NCBI GenBank assembly: GCA_963759805.1
Contig: CAVXAT010000002.1
Coordinates: forward strand, 137,479 to 201,478
DNA length: 64,000 bases
Origin: an uncultured bacterium
Lineage (GTDB): Bacteria; Babelota; Babeliae; Babelales; RVW-14
Direction: 5' to 3'
Shown here: in pieces, positions 18,340-27,728 of the stretch
Position numbering within the stretch: position 1 is the first letter of the stretch
How the letters are laid out: every line of letters starts with the position of its first letter
Made by a program: the position numbers and the translations under genes
The notes under the pieces: generated by a model
What the model was told of the DNA's origin: nothing
Databases searched by the model: none
The model's input: only the letters and a program-made list of their open reading frames with translations

Positions 18340-19533
18340 ATGATGGATTACTTTCAAAAAAAGTTGAAACTTTCCAGAAATGTCATTGTAATGGGATTTG
18401 TAAGCTTCTTCAATGACACGGCTTCAGAGATGATATACCCATTAATACCAACATTTTTAACGGTATGGCTGCACGCTCCCGTTTATATAATGGGTTTCAT
18501 TGTTGGATTGTCTGAGTCAATTTCAAATATATGTAAAGTTTTTTCCGGCTGGTATTCAGACAAATTAAACACACGTAAACCATTTGTTGTGTTTGGGTAC
18601 TCATTATCTGCCGTCTCCAAAGCCATGATTGGGCTAGCATACAGTTGGCCAATGGCAATGGCTGCCAGAGTCGCAGACAGATTAGGGAAAGGGATAAGAG
18701 TTTCGGCACGTGATGCCTTAATAGCTGATTACACAGAGCCAAAATACCGCGGCCGAGCTTTTGGGTTGCACAGGGGTTTTGATAGCGCAGGCGCAGCCAT
18801 TGGACCACTCATAGCAATAGTATTGCTTTCAGTTTTAAATAATAACCTGCGTGCAATATTTTTATTAAGCCTTATCCCATCAATTATTGGTGTCTTTCTT
18901 TTAATGTTTTTAACTGATGGGCGAAAGCCGGGGCAGATAGAGTCGCTTGACGCACCACACGAAAAGATTGCACTAGTAAACATATCCCCAACATTTAATA
19001 AATTTTTGTTAATATCAGTACTTTTCAATATAGGAAATAGCTCAGATCTATTTTTGATTTTAAGATCACAAAGTCTTGCGCTTTCGCTCACATTAACAAT
19101 GTCGGCTTACATTCTTTATAACCTGACCCACTCACTATTTGCACTTCCGATTGGCATTCTTTCAGACAAAATCGGTACAGAAAAAATTTTAATTTCAGGG
19201 TTTCTAACATTTGCCATATCATTTGCACTAAGCGGATTCATCACGGATGGAGCGTGGATGTGGCTTGTATTTGTTCTTTATGGGCTTTATCTGGCGCAAA
19301 CCGAGAGCATAATCAAAGCGCACATTGCCAACATTGTTCCCCCAAAAATGTTTGGAACAGCATTTGGACTGTATCAAACGGTAGTCGGCATCTGCACGTT
19401 TTTTGCATCATTCATCGCAGGTCTTTTATGGACATACGTCAGCAGCACGGCACCATTCCTGTTTGGAAGCGTGATGGCAATTATCGCAACAATTTTGTTT
19501 GCTTGGGACAGAACAAAGAAATTTCGATCGTAA
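18340..19533 (+). CDS. MFS transporter
   Basis: About 12 predicted TM helices. MFS loop 2-3 motif (GWYSDKLNTRKP..). 397 aa. Confidence 0.75.
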   Translation: MMDYFQKKLKLSRNVIVMGFVSFFNDTASEMIYPLIPTFLTVWLHAPVYIMGFIVGLSESISNICKVFSGWYSDKLNTRKPFVVFGYSLSAVSKAMIGLAYSWPMAMAARVADRLGKGIRVSARDALIADYTEPKYRGRAFGLHRGFDSAGAAIGPLIAIVLLSVLNNNLRAIFLLSLIPSIIGVFLLMFLTDGRKPGQIESLDAPHEKIALVNISPTFNKFLLISVLFNIGNSSDLFLILRSQSLALSLTLTMSAYILYNLTHSLFALPIGILSDKIGTEKILISGFLTFAISFALSGFITDGAWMWLVFVLYGLYLAQTESIIKAHIANIVPPKMFGTAFGLYQTVVGICTFFASFIAGLLWTYVSSTAPFLFGSVMAIIATILFAWDRTKKFRS

Positions 19534-19549
19534 TTAATTCAAAACAAAA

Positions 19550-19585
19550 AGAGAGTCAAGCACCGCTGCCCAACTCTCTTTTTTT
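19550..19585. terminator. Putative bidirectional terminator hairpin
   Basis: AGAGAGT (19550-19556) pairs with ACTCTCT (19573-19579), then a T-run; an A-run lies upstream. Sits between the convergent MFS and nrdD genes. The loop is long (16 nt), so confidence is moderate. Confidence 0.45.
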
Positions 19586-19609
19586 AATTCTTTTTTATTC
19601 AAAAAAATC

Positions 19610-21526
19610 TTATAAACCTTGTTGTTCTACATCCGAATTTGTTAATTTGGACAATTCACCATTAGTTTTAAAAACTCTTTGCTTATGCTCTTTTTGACGA
19701 TGCTTGGTCCAAGCTGAAACCGGTGTGAAGTACCCAATAATTCTGGTTAAATAATCAACAATCTGATCACCACAAACAGGACAATTCTTAACTTGTCCTG
19801 CTATTGTAACGTGGCTATTTTTGCAGCGACAAAAATTATAGTTAACCGCAAAGTGCTCGCATCCGCACTCGATTGCATACTTTACTAAACGTTCCATCTG
19901 TGATGTATGGGTAAGCTTTTCTCCTATATTCAAGTGTGAAATTCCGCCGCCGGTCAATGCACGTGAAAACTCTCCATCAAGTTTTACGCGCTCTGAGATA
20001 TCACAATCAACCCAAAGTGGAATAAACTGATTCGCATACAATGGATAATCCATGCCGTAAAGCAATCTGTCCTTTGCTGCAAATTTTACAGCCAAGCTTT
20101 CTGCCGGAACCTGCTCGATATTAAATGGATTCCCAGTCTCTTTGCTTGCCTTATGCGAGTAGTCCTTAATAAATTTTAAAATTTTGTGAGCTAATGCTTT
20201 GCCCTGCGCTGAAAGCATGGTAAAGCCCATCTCATTGACACACTCATAAACCCCATTTAATCCAAATGTACTAAACATACGGGCTTCATGCATAATTCCA
20301 TAATTAAAGAATGGTAAAAATCCGGCTGCAATATTTGCTTTTAAGAGTTTACGATGCGCACTCAGTAACATTTTTGCGTCATCAAGATTTTTTTGCAAAA
20401 GCTTAAACAGAACCTCTTCTGATTTTCTAGATAAACGGCCAATACGTGCAAGATTTAAGGTAACAACTCTGTGTGACCCAAGAGACACGCCTCCATTACC
20501 AAAACTGTCAACGCCTGCTAAATCCAAGTCATTGACCAATCTACAACAGCTTGCAATTTTATTGCCCGAAGAGATATAAATATTGAAACAGCCCTTTTCA
20601 AGATTGATATTGGAAAAATATTCAAATGATTTTTGATCAACAATTTGTTGATTCTCATCAATGCGAATATTCAATGTAACAACCGGAAAGCGGTAAGGCA
20701 GCCCTGTTTTGGGATCGCCGCATTTAAACCAATCACAAAAAATGTGCTGCACCTCTGCAATCAGATCAATATCAGGTTTGGAACCGTCCGGGTAACAGAC
20801 ATCGGCAAATAGATGCTCAAGATTTGGTTTGTCAAAAATTGAAAGGTTTGTAAATGGGGACTGAAATGATGGACGTAATTTCTTATTCAAAGTGTGAACC
20901 AAAGATTGAAAATCATTTTCAACAGCTTTTCGATCTTCCTCCTTTGATAAATCCAAATTCTCTTTTTTAACAAAATATGAGTAGTTTACAAAAAAATCTC
21001 CAATCGCTATCGCGCCACCGGCCTGCTGAGCCAACTCAATTGTCACCTCTTTGACTTGGTCAATAAACGAACGGCAATGCTTTGCAGGCAGTGAATGCAA
21101 CTGCCCCCATCGACTACCTTCAAATAGAATAAATGATGTTGAGTACGCCCAACAGTAAGGAACCATGATGGAAGTACTGTCGTGAAAATAAAGATCACCA
21201 TACCAGATGGAGGTCATCAGATCTGCTGCACGACCCAAGCCAACCTCTTTGACCAAAATATTGTACAACTCATAATAACCAATAAGCTTGTACCAACTTT
21301 TTGCGATTTCGCTTAAATAGTTTCCGTACGCTTTGGATTCACTTACATTTGCATTATCATCAATTGACATCTCTGCAGTATGTTTACTCATGTACATCTG
21401 TGCCATATTTGGAATATCAAGTTGATGCGGCGCAATTCCTTCGACATCTAAAATGGCTTCGGACATCTGATTATAAACATCTATAAATTCCTTAGAAAAG
21501 GTTACTGGCAATTTTGACAGATCCAT
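19610..21526 (-). CDS. nrdD: Anaerobic ribonucleoside-triphosphate reductase (class III)
   Basis: C-terminal Zn ribbon CRCKNSH..CPVCG followed by the glycyl-radical segment TRIIGYFTPVSAWTKHRQKE. Long NrdD-type core. I prefer the start at ATG 21526 (MDLSKLP, preceded by AGGTGGA) over the ORF-track start at 21610. Confidence 0.9.
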   Translation of the reverse strand: MDLSKLPVTFSKEFIDVYNQMSEAILDVEGIAPHQLDIPNMAQMYMSKHTAEMSIDDNANVSESKAYGNYLSEIAKSWYKLIGYYELYNILVKEVGLGRAADLMTSIWYGDLYFHDSTSIMVPYCWAYSTSFILFEGSRWGQLHSLPAKHCRSFIDQVKEVTIELAQQAGGAIAIGDFFVNYSYFVKKENLDLSKEEDRKAVENDFQSLVHTLNKKLRPSFQSPFTNLSIFDKPNLEHLFADVCYPDGSKPDIDLIAEVQHIFCDWFKCGDPKTGLPYRFPVVTLNIRIDENQQIVDQKSFEYFSNINLEKGCFNIYISSGNKIASCCRLVNDLDLAGVDSFGNGGVSLGSHRVVTLNLARIGRLSRKSEEVLFKLLQKNLDDAKMLLSAHRKLLKANIAAGFLPFFNYGIMHEARMFSTFGLNGVYECVNEMGFTMLSAQGKALAHKILKFIKDYSHKASKETGNPFNIEQVPAESLAVKFAAKDRLLYGMDYPLYANQFIPLWVDCDISERVKLDGEFSRALTGGGISHLNIGEKLTHTSQMERLVKYAIECGCEHFAVNYNFCRCKNSHVTIAGQVKNCPVCGDQIVDYLTRIIGYFTPVSAWTKHRQKEHKQRVFKTNGELSKLTNSDVEQQGL

Positions 21527-21960
21527 GATCCACCTACTTTCTTTAAATATCTTTGATTTTTTGACGCAGGAAAACCTTTTACAAAAAGATCTTGCCTGAA
21601 AGGTCCACACACAATCATATCGATATTATCGATCAATTCCTGTGGTAGATCCTCAAATTCTCTTCCCGTGTAAAGAGCCTTGTAAAGTAAAATCTTTTTG
21701 CAAAGCTCTATTAAAAAATCCATTTGATCCGTTGGCTCCCCTCCCAAAAAAACTACACTCTCCGCTAACAAATTACTTTTTATTTTGGACAAAACTTCAT
21801 TCATTGATGTCAGAGTATCATCATTTCGTTCCCACAAAATAGAATTTTGGCATTCTTTGCAGCGAATACTGCAACCGGAAAAATAGATAGCTACAGCAAT
21901 CCTGTCCGGAACATCGATGAAGGACGTACAAGTACGAACTATGTATGCACTCCTGTCCAT
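21502..21960 (-). CDS. nrdG: Anaerobic RNR activating protein (radical SAM)
   Basis: CxxxCxxC cluster GCSIRCKECQN. 152 aa. Immediately upstream of nrdD and overlapping it by 25 nt. Confidence 0.8.
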   Translation of the reverse strand: MDRSAYIVRTCTSFIDVPDRIAVAIYFSGCSIRCKECQNSILWERNDDTLTSMNEVLSKIKSNLLAESVVFLGGEPTDQMDFLIELCKKILLYKALYTGREFEDLPQELIDNIDMIVCGPFRQDLFVKGFPASKNQRYLKKVGGSWICQNCQ

Positions 21961-22235
21961 AAAACCCTTTGATAATAAAAATTTCTTAAAAATTTAAATG
22001 AGCCACTACCCCAAAATTCACACAAATTTTATTGCAATATTTTTTGAGTCACAGGTCATCTTACCAGACTCCACAGAGTAGCTCAAGCAAGATTTTTTTA
22101 AAGTTAAATTAGCTTGGTTTATACAGGATAAGTAGATAAATTTTATTTATGAACAGCGCGTGAATCAACGCTAAGAAAAATTAGAAAAGGAGATACAAAA
22201 TGCCAGTGCCTGTTTACCCCAAAATTATCTTATTT

Positions 22236-23093
22236 TTACTTCTCCAAACCAAGCAAAAACTTACAAATTTTTTTACCTCTTGAATCATATCCAAATTTGG
22301 TAAAATTATCCAAACACTTGGGATGTGCTATATCCGGACTTGATGTGATTGTAAAGTCAAATATTTTTAGCGGTTTGTTTAAATCAACCTTTCTAGAACC
22401 TTTTACATCAGCCGCACAAACTAAAGTTATAAGTTTAAGCAGTCTTGAATCCAGTTTCTTTTCATAATCAGCCCAAACAAGAACTTTGTAAATATTTGCA
22501 AAAAAATCATATATAGCAGGCTTGGATCTAGATAATTTATCTAAATTATTCGTTTTTTGAGGCAATTTACTCAAAAGCATGCCTAGCTGATTGTGACATC
22601 CAACAAGAATTGCGATAATTTTAATTTCATCTTCGCTCAACCCTAAATTTGCAAAAAATTCAGCAAAATCAATTGTTTTATTATGCGTTAAATAAAAAGA
22701 TTTTTTACCCAGAAGATATTTTAGTCCTTCAATTTCATGCCCCGGCTTTGTATAAAAAACAAAATCTAAATCGCCGGCTTTTCCAATATCATGCAAAAGT
22801 GCTGCTAAAACAGCAAGCTCTCTATCGTGCGCACTTAATCCATTACTCCAGAATTCATGATTTTCAAACCACTGATCAACAATAAGAGCTGTCCATATCG
22901 AGTGCTGATAAAGATCGCCCGCATGAAATCTTACATTTGTTGTCGTATATTTTTTAAAATTATCGATTAAATCCTGTAACTTATAGCTGTCGCTTGCAAA
23001 AACAGCTGGCTCAGTTTTTTGGGTATAAACAGTTATACTTACAGAATTTATTAGAAATACAGAAACTAATAATAATTTTAATAATTTTTTCAT
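22236..23093 (-). CDS. HD-domain phosphohydrolase with signal peptide
   Basis: H..HD motif (YQHSIW...AALLHDIGKAGD). N-terminal MKKLLKLLLVSVFLINSVS signal-like segment. Confidence 0.7.
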   Translation of the reverse strand: MKKLLKLLLVSVFLINSVSITVYTQKTEPAVFASDSYKLQDLIDNFKKYTTTNVRFHAGDLYQHSIWTALIVDQWFENHEFWSNGLSAHDRELAVLAALLHDIGKAGDLDFVFYTKPGHEIEGLKYLLGKKSFYLTHNKTIDFAEFFANLGLSEDEIKIIAILVGCHNQLGMLLSKLPQKTNNLDKLSRSKPAIYDFFANIYKVLVWADYEKKLDSRLLKLITLVCAADVKGSRKVDLNKPLKIFDFTITSSPDIAHPKCLDNFTKFGYDSRGKKICKFLLGLEK

Positions 23094-23103
23094 ATTAAGC
23101 CTA

Positions 23104-24369
23104 CTATTTTACCCGTCTTTGTTTAGCTGATAACTTTCTATGCTTAACTGAAGCCTTTTCATACCCCTGCTCAATTTTACCCAGCAATGTTTTTAGCTCT
23201 GTTTTATATTTCTTCAAATTTGGAGTTTCGTTACAATATTTAAAGATTTTCACACCACTTTTAGGATCAAGCATTTTTTTATTCATCAGAAGCCTAAATT
23301 GCATAGTATCCAACACATTCCCGGATAAATCACTGTCAAAAGAGTCACAATCCTTGTACGCCTCCAAATCTTTTGATGCTGGATTGTATGATATACCGCC
23401 AAATATTTTATTGAGGAGTGATTTACCACATGGGCCATATACAAAGCCTCCAGGGGCACACCGATATGCAACCTCATCAACTAATTTTTGGGGAACAAAA
23501 ATTTGAAGCAAAAGACCCGTTTTTTCCTTTTCATAATCACCAAGCAGATTATTAAGTTCCTTAATCAATTCTCGATATTGATCGAAATATTTATTCATCT
23601 TGAAAGCCTGAAACGCCTGACTCACTAAATCACACACATCCACCTCTGTTACATTGCTTGAATTAATAAAATAACAAAAGGAGCATTCCCCTCCCCAATC
23701 CAAAGCCGTATTACCAAACAATGTTGAATTTACCGAAAGTAAATATTTTTTGACATGAGGCTGTGTGTCAAACCATACCAAATGGTTTGTTAGCTCGCCA
23801 TTGTCCATATATTGCTTTATAAAGTTTTCAACCGACCCAAATTTACTAAAATCTTTATCCGGAAACCTAAGCATCACAAAATCATGTAAAATTTTTTTAT
23901 AAGCAATTTTATAAAGCCCTTGATAAATATCCTGAGGCAATGTAAATTCACGCTTTTGGCCATGATAAAAAACATAATAATCATCTTTAAATTCAATTTC
24001 CTTTTCAATGATTTCTCTGAATAATTCCTTAAAAAAATTGGAGCCTAATTCATTTACTCTTTTGCTAAAATGCCAATTCAGATTTTCATAAAGGGTATGA
24101 TTGGAAAGATATGCCAACGTCTGGGTCTGCTTTGGCTTATCAATGCTATTTTTTAAGCCCAATTTTTGATAAGCATCGTCAATTATATTCGTGACATTCA
24201 AGTCTTGGCCCGGACAATATGCAGCAAAAAGCGATGCCTGAAGAGACAATACATTCAAGTCTTGGCCCGGACAATATGCAGCAAAAAGCGATGCCTGAAG
24301 AGACAATAATATTAATGCTATAAATAAGAATCTATTTTTTAGATTTACAACCACCATTTTAACCCCCAT
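23104..24369 (-). CDS. Hypothetical secreted protein with duplicated leader segment
   Basis: Long ORF with a hydrophobic N-terminus. 19 aa (LSLQASLFAAYCPGQDLNV) occur twice because of a perfect 57-bp tandem duplication. No recognisable catalytic motif. Confidence 0.5.
   Translation of the reverse strand: MGVKMVVVNLKNRFLFIALILLSLQASLFAAYCPGQDLNVLSLQASLFAAYCPGQDLNVTNIIDDAYQKLGLKNSIDKPKQTQTLAYLSNHTLYENLNWHFSKRVNELGSNFFKELFREIIEKEIEFKDDYYVFYHGQKREFTLPQDIYQGLYKIAYKKILHDFVMLRFPDKDFSKFGSVENFIKQYMDNGELTNHLVWFDTQPHVKKYLLSVNSTLFGNTALDWGGECSFCYFINSSNVTEVDVCDLVSQAFQAFKMNKYFDQYRELIKELNNLLGDYEKEKTGLLLQIFVPQKLVDEVAYRCAPGGFVYGPCGKSLLNKIFGGISYNPASKDLEAYKDCDSFDSDLSGNVLDTMQFRLLMNKKMLDPKSGVKIFKYCNETPNLKKYKTELKTLLGKIEQGYEKASVKHRKLSAKQRRVK
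24194..24307. repeat. Perfect 57-bp tandem duplication (2 copies) inside CDS 23104..24369
   Basis: 24194-24250 and 24251-24307 are identical by manual alignment (ACATTCAAGTCTTGGCCCGGACAATATGCAGCAAAAAGCGATGCCTGAAGAGACAAT). Confidence 0.95.
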
Positions 24370-24568
24370 CTAAAACAATAATTTACCAACCCTACAATTT
24401 ACAAACCTCCGGATACCATATATCTAATCTATAGATTTTATAGTAGGTTTCAAACGGTAGGGGGGTAAGTGGGGGAATATGGGGCGTCAGGTCCAAGATT
24501 ATTACAAATGAGAAATATTGCGTGCAAGCAATGCTTTAATCGTAAAAAACAGAATTAAAATTCATTAT

Positions 24569-25219
24569 TTAGACAAAATCAAGCAGTACGGCCCTTGAGA
24601 GCGCCGCCTCTACACCTTCAAATTTGACGGGCAAGCAGATAAGAAAATATTCACCAGGACTTACATCGCCCAGGCGCAAACCTTCGATAATCGTAATATT
24701 AGCTTTAAAAAAAATCTTATGTGTTTCATGTTCGGGCTGGGCACGCTCAATGCCAAGATAGTCAATTCCAACCGTTTTTACTTTTTTTGACGCAAGATAC
24801 TGCGCCGCCGTTTTATCAAGATAGACAAAATTGGGCTCGAATTGGCCTTGCGCAGGAAGTTCACTATTTTTTGTTTTGAATAAAACTATGTCATTTTCCT
24901 GAATATCTAATTCTTGTAAGTCAGACGCGCTAATCTTTTCCACCCCATTTTTTTCTTTTACTTCAGTTAAATCAAAAACTTTGCAGTTACTAATCAAGTG
25001 ATCAAATGGCACTTGATCAACAGTCGCGCCATCTTTGGAAAAATGCGCTGGTGCATCAATATGCGTTCCGGTATGCATATCAAGATACACATGCGTTTGC
25101 GCAACGCCATCAGTCTGAATATCTTTTACTGCATCAAATTTTAACGCGCCCTTATTTTTATATTCGACTGTATTTTGATTTACGGGCCAGCTGATATCAA
25201 TAACTTTATACTTTTTCAT
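24569..25219 (-). CDS. Cyclase-family protein (kynurenine formamidase-like)
   Basis: Signature HTGTHIDAPAHF plus DxxGxE-type ..VGIDYLGIE.. About 215 aa. Confidence 0.7.
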   Translation of the reverse strand: MKKYKVIDISWPVNQNTVEYKNKGALKFDAVKDIQTDGVAQTHVYLDMHTGTHIDAPAHFSKDGATVDQVPFDHLISNCKVFDLTEVKEKNGVEKISASDLQELDIQENDIVLFKTKNSELPAQGQFEPNFVYLDKTAAQYLASKKVKTVGIDYLGIERAQPEHETHKIFFKANITIIEGLRLGDVSPGEYFLICLPVKFEGVEAALSRAVLLDFV

Positions 25220-25227
25220 TTCTACGC

Positions 25228-26298
25228 CTACTTTTTATTACCCGCGATATCTTTGCCAACCCTGTCCACAGCATGTCCACCAAACTGATTCCGCAGCATA
25301 GCAACAACTTTTGTCGCATAATTTCCGCCATCTTGCCTGGAATCAGCACGAATCTGCAGTGCACGTTCAATTAGATCAACAGGAACGTTCTGCTCTTTAG
25401 CCTCGTCAAGCATCCATCGTCCTGTTTTGTTTTCGCCTATCTTCCCGGAGATTTCCGTTAAATTTTGATCATGTTCAAAAATGTTATGGGCTAGCTCTAA
25501 AATCCACGATCTTATAATCGAGCCATGATTCCATACGTCAGAAATTTTTTCAAGATCCAAGTCTTTATATTTGCCTTGTTTGAGAAGATGGAAACCTTCT
25601 GCGTAAGCCTGCAGTAATGCATACTCAATTCCGTTATGAATCATCTTAACATAATGACCGGCCCCGGAAGGCCCCATGTATGCATATCCCTGTGGAGCAG
25701 CAATGGCTTTAAAAATTGTCTCAAGATGCTCAAAAACTTTTTTATCTCCACCAATCATAAGAGAGAATCCAATATCTTTGCCATGTAGTCCACCGGACGT
25801 ACCACAATCAACGTAATTTATTTTTTGGGATATTAAATTTTGATATCGACGAACCGTATCTTTAAAATTGCTGTTCCCGCCGTCTATAATTATATCGTCC
25901 GGCTTTAGATATGGAGTCAGTTCGTTAATAACGTTATCGACTGTATCACCCGCCGGAACCATAAGCCAAAAAATATTTACCTGCGTTACACCATTCGAAG
26001 TAAATTTTATGCCCGCATGGTTCGATACATTTTTTTTGGCCGCTCGCCCTGAGTGCCGAGCTTTGCGAGGCGTATCGAAGGGTGCGGCCTGCAAAAAACA
26101 CTCACCACGAGCGGGCACGTTTGGTTCATTAACTATGCCAAGATCTTGCAGCTTTGCCACAGTTTTAACACCGACATCAGCTGCTAATCTTAAATTTTTT
26201 TCATTACTATCAAAACCCCAAACCTCATGCCCATATTTTAAAAGTCTGTATGCAATAGCATGCCCCATCCGGCCAAGACCAATTACGCTTATTTTCAT
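25228..26298 (-). CDS. gnd: 6-phosphogluconate dehydrogenase (decarboxylating, short Gnd/YqeC-like form) with an in-frame GC-rich insert
   Basis: MKISVIGLGRMGHAIAYRL (Rossmann GxGxxG), WLMVPAG, GGNSNF, GTSGG, and GAGHYVKMIHNGIEYALLQAYAEG. An extra segment ..PARGECFLQAAPFDTPRKARHSGRAAKK.. is encoded by 26037-26118. Confidence 0.82.
   Translation of the reverse strand: MKISVIGLGRMGHAIAYRLLKYGHEVWGFDSNEKNLRLAADVGVKTVAKLQDLGIVNEPNVPARGECFLQAAPFDTPRKARHSGRAAKKNVSNHAGIKFTSNGVTQVNIFWLMVPAGDTVDNVINELTPYLKPDDIIIDGGNSNFKDTVRRYQNLISQKINYVDCGTSGGLHGKDIGFSLMIGGDKKVFEHLETIFKAIAAPQGYAYMGPSGAGHYVKMIHNGIEYALLQAYAEGFHLLKQGKYKDLDLEKISDVWNHGSIIRSWILELAHNIFEHDQNLTEISGKIGENKTGRWMLDEAKEQNVPVDLIERALQIRADSRQDGGNYATKVVAMLRNQFGGHAVDRVGKDIAGNKK
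26037..26118. repeat. GC-rich palindromic repeat element, in-frame inside gnd
   Basis: On the gene's sense strand: CCCGCTCGTGG (26115-26105), CCCTTCGA (26082-26075) and CTCAGGGCGAGCG (26053-26041). All three are shared with the uvrC insert. Confidence 0.6.
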
Positions 26299-26315
26299 AG
26301 AAAACCCTATTTTAA

Positions 26316-27728
26316 TTAAACTTTGAACAAATCTTTTTGCTCTACTGGTCCATCACTAGATTTTTTATAAATATATATTTTGGCTTTATCAGTTTTGATC
26401 TGCTTTAAAATTTTCCATGACAACTCTACCTCATCTGATCGAACAAAGGCTGACTGATCGCCTTTTATAACATCAGTCAACAAAACTTGATACGCTTCAG
26501 GCGTGTTAGGACCAAATAAACAACTGTGGCAAAAATCCATTGAAACAGGCATAACCTCATTTGCAACCCCGGGAACTTTTACATTCAGTCCAAGATAAAA
26601 ACCTTCGTCCGGATGTATTTTGATTTTTAGAGAATTTGACTGGCTTGGACAAAAATCTAATAAACATTCAACACGCTTAAAGGTTATTTCAACAAACGAC
26701 TCTTGTTTATTAAGATACTTGCCGGTTTTTAAATAAAATGGAACACCGTCCCAACGTTTGTTATTAACTTTTAGTCGCAACGCAACAAATGTATCGGTCT
26801 TTGAATTTGGCTTCACATTTTTTTCTTGTGTATAACCTTCATACTGTCCAAGAACTGCCTTTTCAACCTCAACTCTTTTTAAAACATTTGCCTTTGCATC
26901 TCGGATGAAATCCGCCGTTAATTTTTTGGGAGCCTCCATGGCAATAAGAGCTAAAATCTGTAACATGTGGCTCTGAACCATATCTTTAAGAGCACCATAA
27001 TTATCATAAAAAGCCCCTCGAGTTTCTACTCCCATCTCTTCAGATATGTTAATTGAAACAGACTCGATATGTTGATTATTCCATAATGGCTCAAAAACCC
27101 GATTCGTGAAACGAATTAGGGCAATATTTCCAACAAGTTCTTTGCCGAGATAATGGTCTATTCTATAAATCTGCCGTTCATCAAAAATTTGAGTTATATA
27201 CTTGTTGATATTTTTAGCCGAAGTTAAATCAAAGCCAAACGGCTTTTCATAAACAAGTTTGGCCCACGGGGCACTGCTTGATAAAAAATCAGATGATTTA
27301 ATCTTTTTCTTATCTGGAACTATGCGGTGATTTGCAAAATTTCTTGATATAACTTCAAAATGGTTAGGCATGGTTGCGAAATAAAAAATTCGATTACCAA
27401 CCAGGCTATTTTTCTTTTCAATATCTTTGAGTAAATTGCTAAGTTGCACATACGCCGCGCTGTCATTAAAATCCATCTGAAAGTAAGCTGTCTTTTTCTG
27501 AATATCATTTAATAAATTTGAGTCAATCGCACCAAGAAACGGCCTGCTTTGATCGAAAATTTGTGCAACGGTTGTCTTTGCATTTGAAACCAAAACAATT
27601 GCAAATTTACAAATCTTATCTTCTGCAACAAGCTTACAGATAGCCGGAATCAATTTTCGTTTAGTTAAATCTCCTGTTCCCCCAAGAATTACAAACAAAC
27701 TTTCATCAAAACATGTCACTTTCTTCAT
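26316..27728 (-). CDS. zwf: Glucose-6-phosphate 1-dehydrogenase
   Basis: GGTGDLTKRKLIPA (NADP site), YRIDHYLGKE (active-site motif), EKPFG. Confidence 0.9.
   Translation of the reverse strand: MKKVTCFDESLFVILGGTGDLTKRKLIPAICKLVAEDKICKFAIVLVSNAKTTVAQIFDQSRPFLGAIDSNLLNDIQKKTAYFQMDFNDSAAYVQLSNLLKDIEKKNSLVGNRIFYFATMPNHFEVISRNFANHRIVPDKKKIKSSDFLSSSAPWAKLVYEKPFGFDLTSAKNINKYITQIFDERQIYRIDHYLGKELVGNIALIRFTNRVFEPLWNNQHIESVSINISEEMGVETRGAFYDNYGALKDMVQSHMLQILALIAMEAPKKLTADFIRDAKANVLKRVEVEKAVLGQYEGYTQEKNVKPNSKTDTFVALRLKVNNKRWDGVPFYLKTGKYLNKQESFVEITFKRVECLLDFCPSQSNSLKIKIHPDEGFYLGLNVKVPGVANEVMPVSMDFCHSCLFGPNTPEAYQVLLTDVIKGDQSAFVRSDEVELSWKILKQIKTDKAKIYIYKKSSDGPVEQKDLFKV

Noticed and set aside
22200-22283. 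27-codon plus-strand ORF with an excellent SD (AAAGGAGATACAAAATG)
   Set aside because: It overlaps the 3' end of the minus-strand HD-domain gene and has no recognisable features. It is probably fortuitous.
24456-24484. G-runs (GG, G6, G5, G4) in an AT-rich spacer; considered as a G-quadruplex motif
   Set aside because: There are only three strong runs plus a GG, it occurs once, and no functional context is visible. I note that another G-rich patch occurs at 36371-36383, but I cannot show relatedness.
25868-26326. 152-aa plus-strand ORF opposite gnd
   Set aside because: It is antisense to a gene with clear 6PGDH motifs, and part of it is kept open by the stop-free GC-rich insert.
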